A stretch of 64,000 nucleotides of DNA from Felis catus (taxonomy: Eukaryota): assembly GCF_018350175.1 (NCBI RefSeq), contig NC_058384.1, positions 32,302,001 to 32,366,000 of the forward strand. Direction: 5' to 3'. Both the position numbers and the translations under genes were made by a program. The notes beneath the pieces were generated by a model. The model did no database searches. It worked only from the letters and a program-made list of their open reading frames with translations, and was not told the origin of the DNA. This document shows, piece by piece, positions 50,865 to 61,700 of this stretch (position 1 is its first letter; each line of letters starts with the position of its first letter).

Positions 50865-52060
50865 CACCCATTCGACAAGTATTTACCGCACGCTTACTCT
50901 GTGCCAGGCATCGTGATGCATGCCAAGGACACAAATCTCTGACTTCACGAGGCTAATAGTTCAGTGAAAGATATAAGGATTAAACAAGTTATTGGATAAA
51001 AATATTTCATTGCAACTATGATAAGTATAGCAGAAGAGATCACATACAAGGTGTCCAAAATGAGTTGTTGATCAGGACCTGATTGACTTAGGAGGGTCAG
51101 CGAAAGACACCCAAACAAGATATCATTCAAATTGCAATCTGAAGGATGAATAGAGATGGAAGTAGAGGGGAGAGAGAGCAGCCTAGGAGATGAACGAGGC
51201 TGTGTGAGGCAGGAGGGGCCAGGTGTGCAAATGAAGAGAAGAACAGAGTGTAAAGTGGGAGAGGGGGGCCGAGGGGTGGGGAGCAGACCCCCGAGGGGTG
51301 GGGGCCGAGGGGTGGGGAGAGGTAGCAAGCTCAAGATCAGGCAGGGCCCCATAGGTCATGTTAAATATTGAGAGCTTACCCCTAAAATAATGGGACACCA
51401 CGAAGGATTTTAAGAAGGATAACCGAAGATGGTTAGGTTTTTACTGAGAAGTATCACTCTGCACTATGAGGATAAAGAACTTAAGAAGGCAAAATGGAAG
51501 CAGGTAGACTAGTTAAAAGCTATTCAGTAGACTGGGCAAGAAATGAGAGCAGTGAGATTAGGATGACTTAGCAGAAATGGAAATAATTTTTAAAAGTTAA
51601 GATCTACCGTGGTGCCTGGGTGGCTCAGTTGGTTGAGGGTCCGACTTCAGCCCAGGTCATGATCTCATGGTTCGCGGGTTCAAGCCCCACATCAGGCTCT
51701 GTGCTGACAGCTCAGAGTCTGGAGCCTGCTTTGGATTCTGTGTCTCCCTCTCTCTCTGCCCCTCCCCATTTCCCCCTCTCCCTCTCTCTCTCAAAAATAA
51801 ATAAATATTAAAAAAAATTTTTTTAAAGTTAAGATCTACCTAGGTGACAGAATATACCATATGAACAGGTAGAACTGAGGGACAGAGAGTACAAAGGTTA
51901 ACTTCATGTCTTTGGCCTTGAATAACTAGACAGCTTATGACTTTTCTAGAAATAGGGAATGCTAGAGGGAAAGGAGCTAGTTGGAATTATGGGGGGAAGA
52001 GGTACACAAGTTCAGTATTACACATGCCAAATCTGAGATTTACCTGTGAGATGCACAAGT
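50865..52060 (-). mobile_element. L2 remnant split by a CanSINE
   Basis: cattcgacaagtattta...tactctgtgccaggca, atctgaaggatgaataga, gaaggattttaagaagg, ggaagcaggtagactagttaaaagctatt. Confidence 0.75.
51611..51815 (+). mobile_element. CanSINE
   Basis: Full length; TSD aaagttaagatctacc. Confidence 0.94.
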
Positions 52061-52129
52061 GGAGCCATTCAGTAGCCACTGGATATATGAGGTACCTCAT
52101 CATTAATGAACATCACTCAAAATTATAGC

Positions 52130-52347
52130 AGAGTCCAACACTGTACATTTAATTTTTTTCTAGATGGGGGTATGTTCTAGAATTGCACTGGTCAAAATGG
52201 AATCCCCTAACCACATGGGGGCTACTTAGCGTCAAATTAAAAATTAATTTCTTGGTGACACTAGCCACATTTCAAGTGCTCAGTGTGGTTGTGTCTCCTG
52301 TATTGGTCATTTCCATTATTGTAGAAAGTTCAATTATACAGCCCTGC
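52130..52347. mobile_element. MER3/MER33-like hAT-Charlie fragment
   Basis: cactagccacatttcaagtgctca and tagaaagttcaattatacagccctg. Confidence 0.65.
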
Positions 52348-54239
52348 CTAGAACATCAGAGGGCTTCCTATTCACAACACTCAGCTCTGATTAGTCTTCC
52401 AGTGAATGTTCAACTGCCATTCTATCAACACTGAGAAATCCTACTGTCTTTTGTGCTCCAAACAAAGCTTTGATTTTGAAGATGAAAAAGATACAAGAAA
52501 AGAAGACATGATCATCTTTGTTACTTAGATATCTTCCAATCGATCTTTAAAAAAAAAGATAAAAAAAAACCCAAGATGAAGAATAAATGCCATGGAGAGA
52601 GTATGTGGGCACCCTGGGGGGGCAGGGGTGAACTCACATTGTAAAAATACTATCAGATCAACGATGGAGGAAATTAGGTGCCAAGGAGGCATTAAGGCAT
52701 CAAGTCTTCATCTGGATTTTGACAAAAGAATGGGGAATATATTCATGAAAAGGGAGGGAAGGAGAGTAACCCAGGTTGGGAAACAGTTTATTCAAAAGGC
52801 TATACAACATTTGAAATGCCAGCCATGTTTCTCTGAAGTTAAACACAATCTACGTTGAACTGTGTAAGAAACAGAGTAGTAACTCTTTGGGTGGACAAGT
52901 GGAAGAAGAACTAAAGAATCAACCCGATTGTGCACTGACTTAACACTGCAGCTAACTCAGACACTGAGCTAACCACCGGGGATATAAACAGTGATGGAAT
53001 CCTGATCTCGTACACAAGGAGCTCCACATCTACACAGCCATAGCCAACTACCAGGCTGTCAAGATAAAAGGTGATAAAGTAGGTTTTTACAAAATATGTT
53101 CCTGCTCAATAAATATGTATAATATAAACACTATATTCACAATATATATGCATGTACCTCACCAAAAAGTGCATACTCAAAAACTACTATACACGGAGGT
53201 GTCTGAATTGTGGATGGATGCTCAAATGAGGTACTCACGTGAGGGTCCTGGAATGAGCTGATGAAGCAGAGCAGACATACAAGGGCTTCATCCTGTGTCG
53301 GCTTTCACTGTTTTCATTTTCAGACCAAATTAACAAGCCATAGGCTACAAGGCACAGTTTGCATTACTCCTTTAGCATTTTTGATTTTTAAATTTTATCA
53401 CTAGCATAAGCCATGGCTCAAAGTCTACAGAGCAGTGCTTAACATTAAGTTCAAGGTGAATTTTAGACCCTTCATGAAGGAACATGGAAATATGTTACAG
53501 GGCTTCAGCCTAAGCTGAAAAAAATTCTCTGGCTTTCACAGGTGATAATTGGGTTTCAGACTTCGGGGAAGGCTATTCAGATTTGAAGACGGAGATTGAA
53601 ACCTTGATGATACCACCTTTTACGGTTTTTCTTTGTGTTGCATAACCATGACTTTCACTGAAATTCCATTTTCTATAAGAATTCACTGACATTTCTTTCC
53701 TGCTGATTGCTGGGTACTACTACTGAACAAAATATTTATCTTTAAACATACACGAGCATATTTCAATTCCTTCAGATGTGTTATTTTGCTATGTGCTTTG
53801 CATGAGTTTTTACTGAAATAACTGTCCACTTTTACTATGACCATCTTCGTAGGAAAAAAAAAAAACTCGAATGTACTCTATTTGGTGGTGTTGGGTTTTT
53901 AAAATAAATTTGCTTTCGTTGCATATACTGGGGGAGTTTAGGCACATTAATCATTTCCCAATAAATTTCATGTGTTTTATTGCCTGCCATGAACACTGAT
54001 GATAGCATATTTCTTTTTAGCTTCTTTTTTCAGGGTTATCAGGAATATTGCTGCACAGTCACAACTGATGATTTCCTACAAGATTCTAATACAATGTATA
54101 TCATTTTACACGATAAAACCTTTGCTCATAGTTTAAAATCACTTAAAATATGTGTGTAAAGTACCTAATTTTCCAAATCATTTTCCTGTAGAATTGGAAT
54201 GCGTCTTAAACACTTAACTGTTTTTTATGCTACAATAAC

Positions 54240-54815
54240 ACTACCTATTGAATTAGCCAAGATTAAAAATACCAGCACTACTCAGTATTAGCAAGGGCAT
54301 TCTCATGCACTGTAGGTAGAAATGTAAATTGGCACACTGTCTACAGGGCAGTTAAAGAAGAGTTAAGCAGTAAGCACGGCAAAAAAGGTGAAAAACACCT
54401 TTAACTTAGCAATTTTACATACAAGAATTCACCCTGGTTATATTACTCATCTTGGTTTTGAGTGACAACTGCAAAACAATTAGAATAATATGATTGTCAA
54501 TAACAGGAGAATAATTCAATAAATGACTCACACAGCCACATAATGGAATTCTGTACAGCCATTTAAAAAGGGCTGTTAGAAATACATTTGGTGACATAGA
54601 AAGGTGGGCCTGACACAACCGTACCTCTGGGATAACAGAATTCGTTTTAAAAGTTACACGTGTGTGTGTGTGTGTACACATAAATAAAAAAGAAGAGTTG
54701 GTAGTAATAGTAATTTTTGTTGAGGTATTTTTTTCCCCTTGTGTGAATTTTCTTATTTTTGTATAATAAGCATGTATTGCTTTTATAGTTAAACATTGTG
54801 TAAAAAAAAAAAAAA
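54240..54815 (+). mobile_element. Ancient L1 (L1ME-like) 3' fragment
   Basis: tctcatgcactgtaggtagaaatgtaaattggcaca, taatggaattctgtacagccatttaaaaag, A-rich end. Confidence 0.65.
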
Positions 54816-54959
54816 ACTGCTATTTCTGGGTACATCTACTCTGAACCAATCTGGCAGGAACGGCCCATGTTGCGATGAATCTGATGACCATCTTCCCTCC
54901 CAAACCTAGTCCACCTAGCTCAACTGTTCCCCCGCCGCAGGGGCAAGGGTCCTGCTCAC

Positions 54960-55161
54960 CAAGCTGTCCTGGATGCACGGGGTCTGCACAAGCCTCTGGA
55001 CGGTGTTCTCCGCGACGACTCCCAGCCAGTTGAGCGCTGCCCAGTACCAGAGGTAGTCATGGCCACCATGCCAGAAGCTCACAAATGCAAACGTCACTGC
55101 AGTGGCAAACAGTGTCCTCAGCAGGCCATGCTGGGACCCGCCTACTGGAATGTACACATAC
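54960..55161 (-). CDS. HHAT: HHAT internal coding exon (202 bp; corresponds to human residues ~348-415), contains catalytic MBOAT His
   Basis: Translation (R)YVYIPVGGSQHGLLRTLFATAVTFAFVSFWHGGHDYLWYWAALNWLGVVAENTVQRLVQTPCIQDSL matches recalled mammalian HHAT. Acceptor ctctctgtag|G (AG at 55163-55162), donor TTG|gtgagc (GT at 54959-54958). His codon CAT at 55070-55068 is equivalent to human H379. Confidence 0.97.
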
Positions 55162-55955
55162 CTACAGAGAGAAGAGGCCATCAGGAGCCATGCGGTGGGC
55201 TGTCCCTGCAATACCACCTGTTTCTGCGCTTGATTCTCCCGTCACACGTTGTTACTGAGCAAGTGAAGGTCCTTCCCGACTTCCGGGAGGCTGCAGAGCA
55301 CTCCTGGAATTCCCCAACACACAAGACACTGGCAAAAACACAGGCCTCTTTTCTGAGGGGCTTTAGGTCAAATGGATACACAGGCTCATTACCAGAGCAA
55401 AGTAGCACTTACAAGAGGCAGGGTAAAGAGTAATGAATTCTGTTTGTAAAAGGGGCGTGCCCAACCCTGGAAGGCCAAACACAGAATGACAATTAAGCTT
55501 CCAGTTACATGGGGACCCCAACCTTCAAGACAGATACATATTATACAGTTCAAACTACTATATTTATGGTAAGCCCAGTATTTAAGCACAATTGCTGCAA
55601 TTAGGCTCATAAATAGCAGGAGCTGGGTGCAGAATAGGGGTGCCAAGACCGGTTGCCCCAGCTTTCCAGGCAAGTTGCCCACAAGGAGTAGTGACGTTGC
55701 AAGAGAAGAGCTCTGTACTCACAGGTTAGCCAAATTATTGCCCAAAATGCACAGCCATCCCTTGGGTATGCTTTCTACTGCTGAGGTAGCTATTTGACCA
55801 CGTATATAAGCAGGACCATCTTCTTCAATCAGTATTTTCCCACTGTGGATAAAACCCAAACTTTGGATTTTGAGGGTTTTTTTCAAGGCTGCTTCAATCT
55901 GGCAAGGTAGGAGCATTTCCTCCTTGAAGCAGCCTTTTAACAAAGCCCACAGGAT

Positions 55956-56140
55956 GAGGCACCTGGGTGGCTCAGTCAGTTGAGCGTCCAACCCTTGTTT
56001 TCGGCTCAGGTCATGATGCCAGGGTTGTGGGATCGAGCCCCATGTTGGGCTCCATGATGCGCATGGAGCCTGCCTGGGATGCTCTTTCTCCCTCCCCCTG
56101 CCCCTCTCCCCTGAGCTCTCTCTCACTCTCAAATAAATAA
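55956..56140 (+). mobile_element. CanSINE (older, pan-carnivore type)
   Basis: gaggcacctgggtggctcagtcagttgagcgtcc...gggatcgagccc, AATAAA tail. Confidence 0.92.
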
Positions 56141-57193
56141 TTTTTTTTAAAAATCCCAGAGGCCTTTCATGCTGGTCAGTGTTTCTTTGCCCAAACTTCT
56201 TCCAGGAAGGAAAATGAAATCATCATTCCCTGAATACAGTGTGTTCCGGACACAGCACCAGACACTTTACCTGCATTACTTGGTTTGATCCTTTGAAGCA
56301 CCATAGGGTTTACGCCTGCTGTCCCAGCATGCCAACCAGTTTACAATTTGCCCTGTTACTATATTGTTTTAATACTCTGTAGGAAATGTTATTTTGAAAA
56401 TCATCTTTAAATAGAACAGTTTCATAGACAAGTCAAAAAATAGAAATGAAAACCACTCCTCGGTCAATAAATATTTCAAAAAAACTATTTGATAAGTATT
56501 TTTAAATACCCTCCTTCACTCTCAGATGTGTTCCACTTTAGATAAAATCACATGATCAGCTTAAACAGCCCCATTTTGTAGGTGAGAAACAGGCTGAGAA
56601 GTTAACTTGACCAAGGCACACACCCAGGAAGGGGAGTAGATGCACACCTGTAACCACAGAGCCAGAGTTCCTGTTTTCCACTACACCTATATCTTCCACT
56701 CCAATCTAAAACCAGAAAGCGTGTGAGAATGTAGCCATTTCAGAAATAAGTGGAGCAAAGGCTTTCTCTTGTGCAAAAACAAGCCCATCTTGACAACTAA
56801 ATTAGCAAATAGGTATCCAGCACTCACTACAGATTAAGGGTTCCTCCATCTGCTGTCCAGCATTTATTTAGGCATCCAAGGCAGTCTTGGCATTATGGGA
56901 AACACGGAAACATAAACCATTGTTTCTTGCCAAAAAGGACAGGTAGAGCTGGTTGTGAAACAATAGCAAACAAATCCCTGTGTTAGGCTATGTGATTTGG
57001 TCCAAAGCAGACCAAGAGAGTTTAAGTGTGGAGGAGAAGCGAGTGAGTGCAGGCAAGGCCATGGCAAGGCCAAGAGGATGAGCTTTGCTAGGCGAAAGGG
57101 AGAAGGGTGGGCACTGCATCTTGGACCTAGAAAGGCTGGGCAAGGAGCCAAAAAGGCCTGACTACCCCAGGCACAGCAGTTTTATTCAGTGCT

Positions 57194-57213
57194 CTGCTGC
57201 CCCCTAGAGGTTG
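57194..57213 (-). promoter_or_regulatory. CTCF-like motif
   Basis: Minus strand reads AACCTCTAGGGGGCAGCA, close to the CTCF core CC(A/T)(C/G)(C/T)AGGGGGC(A/G). Confidence 0.55.
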
Positions 57214-57584
57214 CTTCGTTATTGGTGTAAGATATTCCTCAGCAGAAGCAAAAAATGGGCCACAATTCTCTACAGCCTCCTACCTGCCTGGAGGTAGCTG
57301 CTACCCCACCATGGCATTCCATGAAGCTGCGCTTCACTTTATACAGTGTTGTCAAAAGGCTGCAGGGAGTGAGAGCGAGAGCGAGAGCGAGAGACAGAGA
57401 GAGATGGACAAACCAATGTTAAAATAACTGCTCTTTACAGCAAGTATGCAGATAATTTTATAAAACAAGTTAATACTAATACCAATACTCTTCTCACCCA
57501 ACATAACTATTTCATGTTGACCTTTTTATTGTATCTCACTATGTTAAGGTGAGCTCCACTGTATATATAAGAAAACCCAGGATA

Positions 57585-57800
57585 GGGGCATCTGGGTGGC
57601 TCGGTCGGTCAAGCATCTGACTCTTGGTTTCGGCTCACGTCACGATCTCACAGTTCGTGGGATTGAGCTCTGCTCTGCACTGACAGCATTTCACTGACGG
57701 CACAGAGCCTGCTTGGGATTCTCTCTCTCCATCTCTCTCTACCCCTTCCCTGCTCACTTGTGTGCTCTCTCTCAAAATAAATTAAAAAAAGAAAAGAAAA
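57585..57800 (+). mobile_element. CanSINE
   Basis: Head, (CT)n, (GAAAA)n tail; aagaaaaccc on both sides. Confidence 0.92.
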
Positions 57801-58539
57801 GAAAAGAAAACCCGGTGTAGAATAAATCCTCTCTCTCGTCATCCACACCAGTGGTCGTTCATATTGGATTCAACTCCAAGAAGGATATGACAAAGAAGTG
57901 TCTAGCCCCATAATTAGATTCACAGCTATTTTAGGGATTCTGCACTATGGCTTTATAATTTGGCCTTCAAAACGACAGCCAACAAAAATCTGAGAATTCC
58001 TCGTATTCCTAAAATTTATATACAGTAGGCCTCCAGGAACATGAGGCTGCTTATTTTAAACCAGAGGAGGGTATGGTTACCAGACTGAAAGATAAAAATC
58101 CTTTCTTCATTCTTAACTTCTGGAAGGGAGTAGGTGCATAAAGAAGGAGAGTAACAGGTTATTTTCTTCTACAAATTCTACCAGTCTTATGTCAGTTCCA
58201 TGATTAATAAAAACAGAATATGTCTCTTTTTTAAAAACAGCCGTGTGACCCCACTTACTGAGATCCACTGCACAGTGAAATTGATTTCCCAAAGGAAGAA
58301 AGCTTTCAGCACCACCTTCTCAGCAAAGCAAAACATACAAAGATTTTTCTTGCCAGTGACTGTGAGCTTGGGTCTGCACAGAGCCTGCCCCTGCCAGGCA
58401 ACCTCACGAGGTCACTGCTCACAGAGAACACTGCTTGAAGAAGTTAGCAGCCATCCGCAGCAGCCTTCTTCATTTAAAACCATCTCACGGAGTCAGCGCA
58501 AGACAGCAAACCCCCAACTCAGGAGGAGGAACTTATAGT

Positions 58540-58720
58540 AATAATATCCACCCTTTACTGAATATCCGTGAGCCAGGTGCTTTATGTATACTATTTCTAA
58601 TCATAACAACCATCTAACAAGGAACTAATGACCAGGCCTGTTTTACACAGGAGAGGTGAAATCCTAACCGAGAATGTTCTGGTTTCAGAACTCCCAGGCC
58701 TGTGTCCTAGTGTGCCATTT
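58540..58720 (-). mobile_element. MIR fragment
   Basis: tttactgaatatccgtgagccagg...ataacaacc...ttttacacaggagagg. Confidence 0.55.
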
Positions 58721-61700
58721 TTTATTGTGATAGGAGCATTTCTTGGTGATACGTTCCTCTCATTTGACCAAATCTTCAACGCAGTCTCCACAAACACATT
58801 CACCAGTATTTTATTAACTGAAGAAATGTCCTTTGTAGCAAAGGAATCTTGCTGGGGAGAAAGATGCTTATTATTTATAAAGGCATTTGGGCCAAAGAGC
58901 ACAGTACCAGAAGTCCGGAGGTATAAGTTCAAATTTTAAACAGACCAATTAGTTTCCTTCTGTCCCACAAGAAAAGAAGACACATTCTATCTTGACCACA
59001 CCGGCATCCTGCAGATGTCGGACTACTAAGGAAGTGGGGCATGAGAAGTGGACTCTTGGGGGGCTGTTGCTGAGTAGGTGTATGTTAAGGGAGAAGAAAA
59101 TACGTATCTCTGTCAGATCCACTATGAAAAACTCAAGAATATGTCCTACAGTAGAGGAGAGGGGTGATGAGAATCCATGTGGTAAATACATTAATCTTAA
59201 AACCACGACACTCCCTTTTCCCAGGACCTACACACCAGCTCTCCAGCTTGTCATATTATCTTCAAACTCTTTGCTGGGGCCCAATGCCAGACTCCCCCCA
59301 CCCCTGGAGGCAAGAGGATGAGGACACTGAATGCCTCGTTTCTCACTACCCCATGGAATGAGGTGAGGTGGGCTTGCGGGTCCCAGGGTTCAGCTACCTG
59401 TTGCTTGGCAGGGCTGAGGCAGGCAGTGACTGACACCCCATTCCAGCTCTGCCAGATCTTTCCATCCTTATTTCCCACTGGCTCTCTCAGCAAATCATGA
59501 ATTCCTGAACAAATGGGGCTTTCACACCTCTACGCCTTTGGTCATACCATTTTCACGTCCTCCAACCTCTCTGGTTTTCCAACTCCAATTGAACCTACAA
59601 AATTAAGTGGTTTTTCCATCTCCTCCAGGAAGTCTCTTTAAAATATTCCCACTCTATTTAACCCAGAAAACCTACTGTTTGTACCACTGACTAAACACTT
59701 ATTCATCAAAAGATGTCTTTTCTATTAGGTTGTCATTTAAACTAAGCTGAAAGATTCTTTCAGAAGTACTAGATATGTGATGTGGGTACACGTCTGCAAG
59801 TGTTACCATATAGTTCCTAGTTAACAGTATTTATGTACTAGTGACCTAATTTTCATAGACTCCAATAGCTTTTAAACTTGTGACAAATTGTCACCACTGC
59901 CACAGACCAACCAGGGAGGATAGTAGGAACCAAGGGAGGATTGTAGGGTCCTGCCCCAGTTACTGGGCGAAACTTCACAAGACACCCGTTCCTAAGGAAT
60001 ACAGACACTTGAAGGACCCTGGAGTCTCTCCATACTTTGTAATCCCTATTAGGGCCAAAGTATGTGGCCCCAAACCTCTAGACCTATCCCAACCGCAGAA
60101 GATTTGACAATGACAAGTAGTAGCCTTATAAAGACTAGAGCCTTTAGTCGCTGGGAAAAGCAAGACTTCTGGCTGCATTACGTTGCTGCTGAGGTGACCT
60201 CACCTGGTCTTCGCCTGGGCTCTAAGACAAGCTCCTGCTTAGAGTTCTTGCAGAGGTGGCCAGGGTCTCCTAAACCCAGCTCTCATGGGCAGTGGTTCCC
60301 TGACCTGACCCTGGCTCTGACTGACCTTGGCCCACACTTAAGTCCTCTCTCCCACAGCCCAGTCAACCCCCATCTTCTAGGTAGTGGACAAAGACCTGGT
60401 GTTTAGATCTCACAAAGGAAGCTACAGACTTGCTTATAATAAAAAGCTTTCAGAAAAAGATGCACACAGTAAAGAAGTCCAGTACAGATCGTAATGGAAT
60501 TTTAATAAGTAAAACTCGGCAGCTGGTTAATGGGCAACTCTAGACTTTATCATCTCCAAAAAGCTAAGAGAGGTCCACTTTGAAAGCAGAGGGCACGTTT
60601 TAGGCAGGGCTAATTCTCAGCTCTTTCACCAAGAGATACTGGCTGTAAGTTTTATATCCAACTCTGAAAAACTGCTTATTAAAAATGCTATGTCCTATTT
60701 GGCAACAGAACATTGTAGAATTTATAAAATAGAGATTAAACTCAGGCTATATTTAGTCTACATTTAAACTTCTAGGTTCATGTAATTAGATGCCAACATT
60801 TTTTTTTTAATTAATCTTTTCATTCCACAAAGCCAGTAGCTCAGTGGGTTGAGGTGCTGTGCTGATAAACTCAAGCCTGTAACGTCTTTCCTAGGGAAAG
60901 AGTCAGCTCTACCTTCACAGACCAAAACCCAAACTCTAGCTCCCCAAAAGCTCTATCTTCCTCACTGCAGAAGAGGCTGACAGAGAATGAATGGCTCAGC
61001 CCAGCCTTCTTCACCACCAGAACACAGCCCAAGTAGCAACAGCAGCCAAGCACAGGGCAAGCAGGAGAGCAATGCTTGACACCTGGAGATGTAACCTTGG
61101 TCCTGCTCGGTCACCTACCAACCACTTAACCTTGAGCTTGTCAACTAAGACTGTTCAGCTTAAGTGTGTACACTGAGCAGATACTAGGAGCACTAAAACC
61201 TTCTTTGGGTATGGGCTGCTATGAAGATCGGACGAGACAATATGTGTAAGGAGTTTAGAGATTTCAATACTCCATATTAATGGGAGGATGCATACTTACT
61301 AATAATCAGCCAGCAGCACCACACTTGTATTCAGGACAAAACAAAATGCCATTATCATAATCATCAAATGCCATTCCTATGTTTTCCATAAGCATGTGAA
61401 GGCAACAACACCTCTCACCTGGTTGCTCAGAGATTTTTTTTACTTGAAACCATTAGCCTTAAATATGCCACCATCAGAACCAAGTTGCTCAGTGCTCAGG
61501 GGTCTAAGCTATGGATTCAACACCCACTCACGTAGATCTGTTGATGAGGCTTAGCCAAAGAGACGTCAGCTCTTCTCCAAACATCTGGTATTAGCTACAG
61601 AGGGGCCTGTAGAGGGTATGTGGGTGGGTCTGTCACCAACATCTCACCTACAAATCACTGCTACCCTTCCACTCGGGCTCCCCCTTACCTACTGAGTACA

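Larger units (their letters stand above)
31927..54959 (-). other. HHAT: HHAT intron (23,033 bp, GT-AG, phase 0)
   Basis: Bounded by the two exons; the spliced junction ...QDSL|IHFLSP... is collinear with HHAT. Confidence 0.9.

Noticed and set aside
1175-57800. tRNA-like A/B boxes
   Set aside because: All belong to tRNA-derived SINE heads followed by (CT)n and poly(A); no complete cloverleaf tRNA gene was seen.
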